A DNA stretch of 64,000 nt from Deltaproteobacteria bacterium (GCA_016218765.1 JACRCZ010000085.1:871-64870), one strand, 5' to 3'. Positions 1-8,191 are shown, counted from the first letter of the stretch. The notes: a model not told the origin generated them from the letters alone. Translations and numbers: made by a program.

Positions 1-17
1 ACGATGGAGGCGAACTG

Positions 18-353
18 ATGCTCGAGATCGCGGGAGTCGAGAGCGAACTGGCCGCCGCGCGCGCATTCGCCGACAAGGTCGGCCTTCGCGACGACCTCGA
101 GCGGCAGCTGACCTACTTGGACGAGTACGCCGAGCACGGCGACCGCGGGAGGACCTGCTGTCGGCTCTACCGGGATTTCGCGCCCTACAGCTTCGGGTTC
201 GTCATGACCGTCCGCCGCGAGGGCGGCGTCCACAAGACGTGGTTCAACGGCGGCCTCCTGTTCCACGGTCCCCACGATCGAGGCGGCGATGGCAACGAGC
301 CGACCTTCGCCGTCTGCCTCACGCCCACGATGGGCTGGGCGATCCACACGTAG
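18..353 (+). CDS. hypothetical protein (111 aa)
   Basis: ORF with diverse amino-acid composition. It ends just before the GGAGGTG SD of the next gene. I recognise no family by eye. Confidence 0.4.
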   Translation: MLEIAGVESELAAARAFADKVGLRDDLERQLTYLDEYAEHGDRGRTCCRLYRDFAPYSFGFVMTVRREGGVHKTWFNGGLLFHGPHDRGGDGNEPTFAVCLTPTMGWAIHT

Positions 354-364
354 GAGGTGAACCG

Positions 365-1333
365 ATGTTCGAGAAGGCCCGGGCGGTGGAGACCGCCGTC
401 CATGCGATCCACCGCCAGTTCGGGGCCGGTAGCATCCTGTCGCTCGGCGACGGCGGCGCCGTCGAGCCGCTCGCGGCCATTTCCACGGGGTCCATGGGCC
501 TCGACGCCGCCATCGGCGTCGGGGGGCATCCCCGCGGCCGCATCGTGGAGTTGTTCGGGCCGAAGGGAGGCGGCAAGACGACCCTCGGGCTCCACGCCGT
601 TGCGGCGGCCCAGGCCACCGGCGGCATCGCCGCGTTCGTGGACGCCGGTCACACCCTGGACATCCGCTACGCCGCCGCGGTCGGGGTGCAGGTGGACAAG
701 CTCTACCTCTCGCAGCCGGACACCGGCGAGCAGGCCCTCGAGATCGTCGAGATCCTCTGCCGCTCGGGCGGCGTCGATCTCGTCGTCGTCGATTCCGTGG
801 GCGCCCTCGTGCCCCGCGCCCAGATCGAGGGCGAGGCGTTCGGCGAGTACGATGGGCTGCAGGCGCGGCTCCTGAGCCAGGCGCTGCGCAAGCTCACAGC
901 CGTCGCGCACCGCACCGGGACGTGCGTGCTGTTCGTGAGCGAGGTCGAGCGCGGCGCGACCGTCCCCTGCGCCAACGCGCTCAAGTTCTACTCGTCCGTG
1001 CGCATCGAAGTCCGGCACGTCCAGGACGCGAAGGACGGGGAGCGGACGCTGGGGCACGTGACCCGCGTCCGGGTCGTCAAGAACAAGGTCGCCCGTCCGT
1101 TCGGGGAGGCGGAGTTCGTCATTCGGCACGGGACGGGAATCGACCACGTCGCGGAGCTGGCCGAGCAGGCCATCACGCTCGGGGTCTTCGACGGATCGGC
1201 GGACCTGCCGGTTGCCGTCGCGCGCGACTCAGGGAAGCTGGCGACGGCGCTGCGGGAGAACGAGAAGCTGCGCCGCTTCGTGGAGGCGGAAGTGCGCGGG
1301 AGGCTCGGACTCCCGGAAATCGCTCGTTCCTGA
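365..1333 (+). CDS. RecA-family recombinase paralog (divergent)
   Basis: ATG preceded by GGAGGTG. Collinear with E. coli RecA over its full length: Walker A GPKGGGKTT, SQPDTGEQALEI, Walker B LVVVDSVGAL, NALKFYSSVR, VKNKVARPF. It deviates at the catalytic Glu (DAGHTLD vs DAEHALD) and has a shortened L2 loop. Confidence 0.85.
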   Translation: MFEKARAVETAVHAIHRQFGAGSILSLGDGGAVEPLAAISTGSMGLDAAIGVGGHPRGRIVELFGPKGGGKTTLGLHAVAAAQATGGIAAFVDAGHTLDIRYAAAVGVQVDKLYLSQPDTGEQALEIVEILCRSGGVDLVVVDSVGALVPRAQIEGEAFGEYDGLQARLLSQALRKLTAVAHRTGTCVLFVSEVERGATVPCANALKFYSSVRIEVRHVQDAKDGERTLGHVTRVRVVKNKVARPFGEAEFVIRHGTGIDHVAELAEQAITLGVFDGSADLPVAVARDSGKLATALRENEKLRRFVEAEVRGRLGLPEIARS

Positions 1334-1356
1334 CCATCGGCATCGAGGAGGAGAAG

Positions 1357-1557
1357 ATGAAGACCAAGTACACGGCCCGCGGGCCGAAGGGGGCGGTCCG
1401 CCGTCCGCTCGTCTGCCGCACGAGCGACCTCGACTTCGACTTCGGCGCCCCGCTGCTGCCGGACGGCCCCGCGCTGGGCAACCGCTGGCGCGTCGAACAC
1501 GTCGAGGAGGAGCGCGGGATGAGGGCGGACATCTACCGGGCCCTGGGGCTCGCGTAG
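1357..1557 (+). CDS. hypothetical small protein (66 aa)
   Basis: ATG preceded by GAGGAGGAG. It sits tightly between the RecA-like and clamp-like genes. No family recognised. Confidence 0.45.
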   Translation: MKTKYTARGPKGAVRRPLVCRTSDLDFDFGAPLLPDGPALGNRWRVEHVEEERGMRADIYRALGLA

Positions 1558-1566
1558 GAAGGGAGG

Positions 1567-2880
1567 ATGACGTTGACGACCATCGTCGCGGCGAAGCCGC
1601 TCGCGGGCGCCCTGGGCGCCTGCGCCTGGTGCCTGGAGAAGGACCCGCTCCACTTCCACCCGGGGCGCACGCGCATCGCCCGGGTGCCGGACGCGCTGGT
1701 CCTGGCCACGGCGACCAGGACCGAGAAGGTGAAGCTCCGGTTCCGCATCTCGTGCGAGCCCGGCGAAACCTGGATGGCCGTGGTCGATGCCGCCGGCACG
1801 TCCCGCCTGGCCAAGGCGTTGCGCCCCGTCATCGCCGGCAGGAAGAACGGCGGCGCCACGGTCGAGATCGAGCGCACCGAGCGCGCGCTCGTGCTGGCCG
1901 GCGGCGGCCAGCGGATGTCCGTACCGGCCTGCGAGCCGATGCCGGAGGACGCGGAGGCGCCGCGCGCCGGCGAGGCGACCAGCGTCGCGGGGGCGCGCGA
2001 TCTGGCGTCGCGGATCGCCGACGCGATGACGTTCTGCAAGCCCGCGGAGTACCGTGCCATCGCGAAGGGGCCGTTCGTCTACCTGGCGGCCGGCGACGGC
2101 GGCCTCGTCGTCCCGGTGGTCGTCGCCACCGACGGCCACCGGCTGTTCGTGGACGGCGACGCCAGGGACTGCGCGGACGCCAAGTTCGTGTTCCAGGTGC
2201 CCGGGGACGACTGGAAGCCGGCGGCCAGGGCGATGGTCGAGAGCTTCGACTTCGTCCGGCTCGTGCGCACCGTCGTCCCCCAGCCGGCCGAAGAGGACGG
2301 AAAGAAGGCGCAGGAGAAGTCGCTTTGGTGCCTCGTGTTCGAGTCGGCCGACCGGCGGGTCGAGATCGCCGTCGGCGAGCCCGAGACGTCGCTCCCGCAC
2401 TGGGCCGGCTTCGTGCCGCGGGAGACGGCGAATCCCGACCTGTCGGTCGCCTGCGACCGCGACGAGCTGGCGGCCGCGGTCAAGGCGACGGCCGGCGTGA
2501 GCAGCGAGAACGGCGCGGCCTGCATGTTCCGTGCGGACCCCGCGACCGGGCTGCTGCGGATCGCGACGTACACCGACGCCGACGGCGGGACGGCACAGCG
2601 CGAGATCGCGGCCGACATCCGCCATGCCCCGGCGGGCTTCGTGCACCTCTCCGGAAAGTACGTCCTGGACGCGCTCGGGGCGGTCCGAACGGACCGCGTG
2701 CGCATCTGGCAGCACGCCGCACCGCTCGACGCGGTCCGGCTCATCGAGGTCGCCGGCGACGGAGCCACGCTCCGGCCCCGCGCGATGGTCGTCATGCCCA
2801 TCCGCGGCCACGACCCGGTGGAGAGCACGAGTGCCGACGAGTCGGCGCAGGACGCCGCCCCGCAGGCGGCTGCGCTGTAG
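1567..2880 (+). CDS. DnaN-like beta sliding-clamp homolog (437 aa)
   Basis: The VVATDGHRLF motif matches DnaN VATDGHRLA. The C-terminal third is collinear with E. coli DnaN domain III (LSGKYVLDALGAV..., ...AMVVMPIR vs FNVSYVLDVLNAL..., YVVMPMRL). GGGAGG lies directly upstream, so the start could be TTG at 1573. Confidence 0.7.
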   Translation: MTLTTIVAAKPLAGALGACAWCLEKDPLHFHPGRTRIARVPDALVLATATRTEKVKLRFRISCEPGETWMAVVDAAGTSRLAKALRPVIAGRKNGGATVEIERTERALVLAGGGQRMSVPACEPMPEDAEAPRAGEATSVAGARDLASRIADAMTFCKPAEYRAIAKGPFVYLAAGDGGLVVPVVVATDGHRLFVDGDARDCADAKFVFQVPGDDWKPAARAMVESFDFVRLVRTVVPQPAEEDGKKAQEKSLWCLVFESADRRVEIAVGEPETSLPHWAGFVPRETANPDLSVACDRDELAAAVKATAGVSSENGAACMFRADPATGLLRIATYTDADGGTAQREIAADIRHAPAGFVHLSGKYVLDALGAVRTDRVRIWQHAAPLDAVRLIEVAGDGATLRPRAMVVMPIRGHDPVESTSADESAQDAAPQAAAL

Positions 2881-2902
2881 CCGGCAGGAAGGAGACATCG
2901 AC

Positions 2903-3424
2903 ATGAGGATCATCATGATCGCCGTCGTCGTCGCCACGATCGGGACGGGGTGCTCGAAGATGGAGGAGCCCGGCAGCATCCCGGTGACCATCAACGCCGA
3001 TGTCGCCGCGCTGCCCCGGCGGTGCCCGGCGTGCGCCGAGTGCCCCGAGCCGGAGCCGTGCCCCGAGTGCGAGACGGTGGATGCGATCTACTACTCGATG
3101 CTCCACCGCATCGAGCGCGGGAGGCCGGAAGGCTACGTCAGCACGGCCCACGTCCATCGGGGCGGCAGGTGGTACCTGGTCGCCAACGTGTTCCCGGACG
3201 GGATGGAGGGCCCGAGCGGCGCGCCGGTGGCCGACTTCGACGTCGGCAACGCGCTGCTCGCCCACGTTCGCGCGCACCCCACGGACGTCGGCGTCAAGAC
3301 GATCGCCGGCGACGACTACGCCCAGCGCGGCCGCGTGCTGGCGAGTTGGCAGCCGTTCGACCGGATCGAGGACGCGCCCGGCATCCGGGCCTCGCTCGCC
3401 AGCGTGTTCGTGCTTCTGGAGTAA
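2903..3424 (+). CDS. putative lipoprotein with CPxC-rich segment
   Basis: N-terminal MRIIMIAVVVATIGTGC (signal plus lipobox-like Cys). GGAAGGAG SD upstream. Contains a CPACAECPEPEPCPEC motif. Confidence 0.6.
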   Translation: MRIIMIAVVVATIGTGCSKMEEPGSIPVTINADVAALPRRCPACAECPEPEPCPECETVDAIYYSMLHRIERGRPEGYVSTAHVHRGGRWYLVANVFPDGMEGPSGAPVADFDVGNALLAHVRAHPTDVGVKTIAGDDYAQRGRVLASWQPFDRIEDAPGIRASLASVFVLLE

Positions 3425-3432
3425 TCACGGTG

Positions 3433-3472
3433 GGCGGGTCTCCCGGGGGCAAGCTCTCCCGGGGGACCCGCC
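3433..3472 (+). terminator. GC-rich stem-loop between the lipoprotein and radC-like genes
   Basis: GGCGGGTC (3433-3440) pairs with GACCCGCC (3465-3472). Inner duplicated TCCCGGGGG palindromic units could extend the stem. There is no U tract. Confidence 0.3.
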
Positions 3473-3490
3473 GACATCAGGGAGGACAAC

Positions 3491-3934
3491 GTGACCATCT
3501 GCCATTGCCCGCGGTGCGGCGAGCCGGTGCCGGCGGAACAGGCGCCGCCGTCGCTTCGCTGCTCGGCCGAGGTCTACGAGAAGTTGGGGCGTTCCCTCGC
3601 CCGTCGCAGGCAGGAGCGCTTCGTCGTAGTGGCACTCGATGCGCGCAACCGGCCCATCCGCTGCCACGTCGTCGCCGTCGGCTCCGTCGCCGCAGTCGTC
3701 GTGCATCCCAGGGAGGTGTTCGCGCCGCTCATCCGCGACAGGGCGGTCGCCGCGATCGTCCTGCACAACCACCCGTCGGGCGGGCCGGTCGAGCCCAGCG
3801 TCGAGGACGCCGAGATCACGCGTCGCCTCGCCGACGTGGGCCGGCTACTCGGCATTCCGCTGCTCGATCACGTCATCGTGGGGAAGAACGGGTACTGCTC
3901 GATGAGGGATCTGGGCCAAGTCCGCTTCCCGTAG
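3491..3934 (+). CDS. radC: RadC-like JAB/MPN domain protein
   Basis: GTG start with GGGAGG SD. Carries the JAMM-type motif HNHPSG, then EPSVEDAEITRRL and LLDHVIVG, typical of the RadC C-terminal domain. An N-terminal CxxC is present. Confidence 0.85.
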   Translation: MTICHCPRCGEPVPAEQAPPSLRCSAEVYEKLGRSLARRRQERFVVVALDARNRPIRCHVVAVGSVAAVVVHPREVFAPLIRDRAVAAIVLHNHPSGGPVEPSVEDAEITRRLADVGRLLGIPLLDHVIVGKNGYCSMRDLGQVRFP

Positions 3935-4132
3935 CAGCCGCGATGGCGACGTTGATCCCGGACCGGAAGATGGCGTACGACGCATTCGTCCGGGCGCCTG
4001 CCGGTCGAGGACGGCCGCGTCCGCACGGACCACGGAGCCGTGCCGTGACAGGTGTCGGGAGGAAGGCGCCGACATCTTCTTCGACCGCCGACGTGGCGAT
4101 TCCGCTATCGTCGGTGATCGCTCGAAACGGGG

Positions 4133-6151
4133 GTGATGGCAATGCGGAACACTCGGACATCGAACAGGCGGAAGGAGGGGAAACGCTCGCGGGCCGACAT
4201 CGAGAGGGTGGCCGGCTTGCGGAAGCGCTTCGCCACGCTCGCCGCGCAGCTGGAACTGTCGACGACCGAAGGGGTGAAGCAATCCACGCTCGGTTTTGAC
4301 CCGATGCCTCCCGCGAAGTTGGTCGCTTCTTGGCTCGACCGGACGGGGGCCGCTGCGCCCACGGTCGCGACGGCGTGTCGGACCTGCGACGCTCGGGGCC
4401 GTACCTGCCCACGGCCTCTGGAGCGGCCCCGGTACCTGCCCGCCGACTGCATCCCGTGCGTAGAGCAGTGCGAGGCGGCCCTGCGGTGCCTTCCGCCACC
4501 GGTCGACGCCACCGGCATCGCCCGTGGTGAGCCGCGGAACCAGGAGGCTCGGGGCAACGGTCACCCCCTCGAAACGGCGTCGAGCCATGTGGAGCCTGCC
4601 CGTTCGCGGCCGACTGGATCGGCCGATTCGCTACCAGCCGGGCGACGCGATCATCCCCGGGCCGATCGGTGCGTGCGCGGGCTCTCGACAGACCTCGCCT
4701 CCGCGGGCGAGGCGACGTCGGCGACTCGGACAGCGGAACATCTCTCGCGGCAGAGAGATCTGGCGGCTGCGCGCGTCGAGCGAATCGACCGCGCTCTGGC
4801 TGCCCCCTGCATAGCTGGACTGCCCGGAAGTTGCTCCCGGCTCTTCCCGGACGTGGTCAGGCTCGGGGTCGTCCGCTTGCGCGCTCCCCGTCTGCGCCCG
4901 CTGTCGGTTCTGCTCGACTGGGTCGGCTCGCATGGTGCCGTGCCCCAAGAGCCTCGGGCGTTCATCGATGCCCTGGAGGTTGCGTCGGACCTGAGGTGGC
5001 ATCGCTCCCGCTGCGGCGGCTGTCTATCCGCTCAGGCTTGGTCCGGTCATCCCACGGGCGACATCCCGATGGTGCAGTCGACGGCAGCGTCTCTTGAGCA
5101 GGCCGTGCAGGACCTGGAGATTCGGCCAGGTTTCGCTCCCGAGGAACGAGAACGCGTCGCCACGCTGATCGCAGCGTCCGGCGACTTCGAGATCCACATG
5201 GCGAGCAAGGCGCCCCGTCTTGATGATGATGACCTCACCGCGGAAGTCGACCACTTCTACGACTGGTTCAGGGGCGCCTACCACTGGGCGTTCTACGCGC
5301 CTCGCGGCGTCCAGGGCCAGCCTCGCGCCGTCCGGGACTACGTCGCCTACGCGGAGCGAGAGGCGATCCGGAAGGCTCTCCGCGCGGGCGCACGGGTGCT
5401 TCGGACCTCCGACGGCGACTTCGACGAGGTGCTTTCGAAGGCCGAAGATGTCGTCAGAACCGCAATGCGAGGGTTCTACCGGGCGTTCGAGCCGGAGGCC
5501 GTGGCGTTCCTGACCGGGAAGCGAAAGCACGGAGGCTGGACGCTCGACGCGTTGCGGATGCCGGTCGCCTGGAAGCCGGAGGGCCTCTACTGGCCGTATG
5601 CCGCCACCCTCGAAGGCTGGTTCGAAGTTCGCTGCATGCGCTTCATCGGTCCCCTGTTGCTGCTCATGGGTGTCGGACTGCGAGCGATGGTCGAGCAGGA
5701 CGATCGGGTAGAGCGGGATTTCGCCCGCATCTGCGCCGAGCTTGGACACACGGGGAGGGACCCCATAGTGTGGGTCGCGAAGCTGGTCCCATCGATTCGA
5801 TTTGAACTCGTCAGGGCGTGGAGTCGAGCTCGGGCGGGTGCGGACCCCAGGGCGGCGGCGCTGATGGACCTTCTTGAGGGAGTGCCACGACTGAGCAAGG
5901 CGGCGAAGTCCCGCGGCGGCCTGCTCCCAGCCTTCGCCGCGGATGCGCTGGAAGCCATGCTGCGCGGAGTCAGCCTCGATTCCATCCGCAACCTAGCCAC
6001 CAAGCACTCCAAGAGCGCCCGCGAGAAGACCGAGGCCCGGCCGCGACGAAGGGCGAAGAAGCCGAGCACTCGGGCGTGTCGGCGGACCGCCGACCGCACC
6101 GGCGACGCAGTCCCCCGCCACCCGCATTCCGTCACGACACGTCCCGGGTAA
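4133..6151 (+). CDS. large hypothetical protein (up to 672 aa; alternative start ATG 5069)
   Basis: Third-codon-position G/C is strongly enriched along the whole frame, as I read it codon by codon. The C-terminal half (from MVQSTAAS) has ordinary protein composition with a basic tail. No family recognised. Confidence 0.5.
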   Translation: MMAMRNTRTSNRRKEGKRSRADIERVAGLRKRFATLAAQLELSTTEGVKQSTLGFDPMPPAKLVASWLDRTGAAAPTVATACRTCDARGRTCPRPLERPRYLPADCIPCVEQCEAALRCLPPPVDATGIARGEPRNQEARGNGHPLETASSHVEPARSRPTGSADSLPAGRRDHPRADRCVRGLSTDLASAGEATSATRTAEHLSRQRDLAAARVERIDRALAAPCIAGLPGSCSRLFPDVVRLGVVRLRAPRLRPLSVLLDWVGSHGAVPQEPRAFIDALEVASDLRWHRSRCGGCLSAQAWSGHPTGDIPMVQSTAASLEQAVQDLEIRPGFAPEERERVATLIAASGDFEIHMASKAPRLDDDDLTAEVDHFYDWFRGAYHWAFYAPRGVQGQPRAVRDYVAYAEREAIRKALRAGARVLRTSDGDFDEVLSKAEDVVRTAMRGFYRAFEPEAVAFLTGKRKHGGWTLDALRMPVAWKPEGLYWPYAATLEGWFEVRCMRFIGPLLLLMGVGLRAMVEQDDRVERDFARICAELGHTGRDPIVWVAKLVPSIRFELVRAWSRARAGADPRAAALMDLLEGVPRLSKAAKSRGGLLPAFAADALEAMLRGVSLDSIRNLATKHSKSAREKTEARPRRRAKKPSTRACRRTADRTGDAVPRHPHSVTTRPG

Positions 6152-6192
6152 CTGCGACCGCCGCGTACTGGCCCGGGCGGTAGCCTGGGTTC

Positions 6193-6435
6193 ATGCTCGG
6201 ACGCAGGCCATCGCAACTTCGTCTTCGGCGCCTGGCCCTCGGTCTTCGGATCCGCGATGTGGCGAACGCCTGCGGTCTCGCGGACGCCAGGGTCTCCGAG
6301 ATCGAGCGCGGGGACGGCAGAAACCCTGACGCCGTCGAACTGGCGCTGATCGAAGCGACCCTGCGCAAGAACGAAGCTGCTGACGAGTCGACGGCCCCGG
6401 CGCAGAGCCCGCCGGACCGACGGGGGCTGGCATGA
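6193..6435 (+). CDS. XRE-family helix-turn-helix regulator (80 aa)
   Basis: LRRLALGLRIRDVANACGLADARVSEIERG is a classic Cro/C1-type HTH. The stop overlaps the next start (ATGA). Confidence 0.7.
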   Translation: MLGRRPSQLRLRRLALGLRIRDVANACGLADARVSEIERGDGRNPDAVELALIEATLRKNEAADESTAPAQSPPDRRGLA

Positions 6436-7139
6436 CCGACCGAGTCCCCGGCCACCTGACGGCCCAGAGCGGGACGAACGGCACCGCGCCGTCGTCCGAA
6501 GGTGACCGACCGGCGTCGTCGTGGTGGTTCACCGCGGAGCAGGCCGCCAAGTACGTCGGCTACCGCGGTTCCTCCGCCATTCGCATGGCCGTATGCCGCG
6601 GGGCGCTCGTCCCCCGCGGGCGACGCGGCCGCGCGCTGATGTTCCACCGAGCAGATCTCGATTCGTTCCTCCAGCGGGGTGCCCGCATTGGCGGGCACCC
6701 GCTTCCCGATCAGCTGGCAACGGAGGCCGGCAACCATGAGACGGAAGACGAAGTACCCCGGCGTGACGCAGATCGGCCCGGGCAGGTACGAACTCCGCGC
6801 CCAGATCCGGGTGGCGGGCTCGGACAAGTGGACCTGGGTCAGGAAGCGCGTCGAGGCGGCCAACACCGAGGAGGCCGCCGACGCCCAACGCAAGCTCCGG
6901 ACGGACCTAGTGTCCGCGAAGACCGAGGCCCCGTCATCCCCGCAGTACCCGACCCTTACGGACTACGCGCGATCGTGGCTGGCCCGGAGGAAGACGAGGG
7001 GGGCGAAGCCGTCGACGCTCGCGAGAGCGGCGCAGGTCCTGGAGCAGGGGATCCTTCCGGTGCTCGGCGACCGCAGGGCGGACGAGATCCGGAAGAACGA
7101 CATCGAGGAGTGGCTCTCGTGGGCGGCGAAGAGCCGTAG
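6432..7139 (+). CDS. xis: excisionase/MerR-type HTH DNA-binding protein (3' end uncertain)
   Basis: WFTAEQAAKYVGYRGSSAIRMAVCRGALVP...FHRADLDSFL resembles Xis/AlpA winged-helix proteins. The start is translationally coupled to the XRE gene. The frame has no stop until 7139, so about 400 nt overlap the integrase out of frame. Confidence 0.5.
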   Translation: MTDRVPGHLTAQSGTNGTAPSSEGDRPASSWWFTAEQAAKYVGYRGSSAIRMAVCRGALVPRGRRGRALMFHRADLDSFLQRGARIGGHPLPDQLATEAGNHETEDEVPRRDADRPGQVRTPRPDPGGGLGQVDLGQEARRGGQHRGGRRRPTQAPDGPSVREDRGPVIPAVPDPYGLRAIVAGPEEDEGGEAVDARESGAGPGAGDPSGARRPQGGRDPEERHRGVALVGGEEP

Positions 7140-7962
7140 CCAGAAGCGGCGCATCCGGTCGCCCGAGACGATCAACGGGTGGCTGCGCCTCCTGAAGACC
7201 GTGCTCCGCGACGCCGTCGGCGACCTCGATCTTCCTCGCGACCCGACCTTCCGCGTCAAGGGTCTGCCCGCACGTCCCACCCGTATCACCGACGAGCAGC
7301 CGAACTCGCTGACGGACGACGAGCTGCGGCGTTTCCTGGACGCGATGCCCGGGGAGACGGCCGAGATCCGCGCCCTCTGCGTGGTCGGGTTCTTCACCGG
7401 AATGCGCTTCGGCGAGATCTCCGCCCTGACGTGGAACGACGTCCGCGAGGACGCGGGGCTTCTGCTCATCCGCCGATCGCACTGGCGCGGGAAGGTCACG
7501 ACGACGAAGACCGGGAAGAACCGCTCTGCCGCGCTGCATCCGGTCATGCTGGGGGCGCTCCGCGAGCAGCGGAAGGTACTGCTGGAGCGCCACCTCCCGG
7601 CGATCGGCGCGGCCCTCGTGTTCCCGAGCGCGACGGGCGGCTACCACGTCCCGTCGTACCTCGAGAAGCCGTTCCGCCGGATCCTGAAGGCGGCGAAGAT
7701 CGAGAAGCACCTCTCGGCGCACGGGATGCGCCGGACGTTCAACAACCTCATGCGGCAGGCTCGCGTCGATCGTGTCGTGCTTCACGCGACGATCGGGCAC
7801 AGCTCGGAGTCGATGACGGAGCACTATTCGAACGTGCGCCCGGAGGAGAAGCTCGCCGCGGTCAACCAGCTGGTCGAGTCGGCGCGGCTCGATCAGATTT
7901 GGCTATTTCGTTGGCTATCGGGGGTCAACGGCACTTCGACGCCTTCGGGATCGTCGCCCTAA
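6736..7962 (+). CDS. int: tyrosine recombinase / phage-type integrase
   Basis: GGAGG SD 9 nt upstream. Has an N-terminal SAM-like domain and a C-terminal catalytic region (GMRFGEI, HGMRRTF, GHSSESMTEHY; R-H-R-Y pattern). It lies adjacent to a tRNA gene. Confidence 0.9.
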   Translation: MRRKTKYPGVTQIGPGRYELRAQIRVAGSDKWTWVRKRVEAANTEEAADAQRKLRTDLVSAKTEAPSSPQYPTLTDYARSWLARRKTRGAKPSTLARAAQVLEQGILPVLGDRRADEIRKNDIEEWLSWAAKSRSQKRRIRSPETINGWLRLLKTVLRDAVGDLDLPRDPTFRVKGLPARPTRITDEQPNSLTDDELRRFLDAMPGETAEIRALCVVGFFTGMRFGEISALTWNDVREDAGLLLIRRSHWRGKVTTTKTGKNRSAALHPVMLGALREQRKVLLERHLPAIGAALVFPSATGGYHVPSYLEKPFRRILKAAKIEKHLSAHGMRRTFNNLMRQARVDRVVLHATIGHSSESMTEHYSNVRPEEKLAAVNQLVESARLDQIWLFRWLSGVNGTSTPSGSSP

Positions 7963-7990
7963 ACCATCGACGCTGTTGCTGAAATCGGAG

Positions 7991-8062
7991 AGCGGGAGAC
8001 GGGATTTGAACCCGCGACGTCCACCTTGGCAAGGTGGCACTCTACCACTGAGTTACTCCCGC
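7991..8062 (-). tRNA. tRNA-Gly (anticodon GCC), CCA not encoded
   Basis: The reverse complement folds as a cloverleaf: acceptor GCGGGAG/CTCCCGC, anticodon stem CCACC/GGTGG with loop TTGCCAA, T arm GCGGG-TTCAAAT-CCCGT. Length 72 nt. Confidence 0.9.
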
Positions 8063-8085
8063 ACGCGCCACGCGGCGCGAAGGGC

Positions 8086-8115
8086 GCTCTACTCCGCAAG
8101 GTCGCGAGGTGTCAA
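8086..8115 (-). promoter_or_regulatory. candidate sigma70-type promoter for tRNA-Gly
   Basis: Minus strand reads TTGACA (8115-8110), 18-nt spacer, TAGAGC (8091-8086), about 24 nt upstream of the mature tRNA 5' end. The -10 is weak. Confidence 0.3.
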
Positions 8116-8191
8116 GCGGATTTCGAAGCCGCCGCGGACGACGACGGGGCGGACGAAACGGCGACCGGAGCGCCTGGGGCCAACTCGGAAG

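Larger units (their letters stand above)
1..7990. mobile_element. Right-hand part of an integrative element inserted at the 3' end of tRNA-Gly(GCC); left boundary lies outside the window
   Basis: A tyrosine integrase (6736-7962) ends 28 nt from the 3' end of the tRNA-Gly gene and is preceded by XRE and Xis-like HTH genes. Cargo is typical of mobile DNA (RadC/JAB, RecA paralog, clamp paralog, orphan ORFs). No second att copy is visible in the window. Confidence 0.6.

Noticed and set aside
6132-6893. 253-aa minus-strand ORF across the XRE/Xis region
   Set aside because: It is antisense to two HTH genes that are translationally coupled, and it has low-complexity Arg/Ala/Ser/Pro composition.
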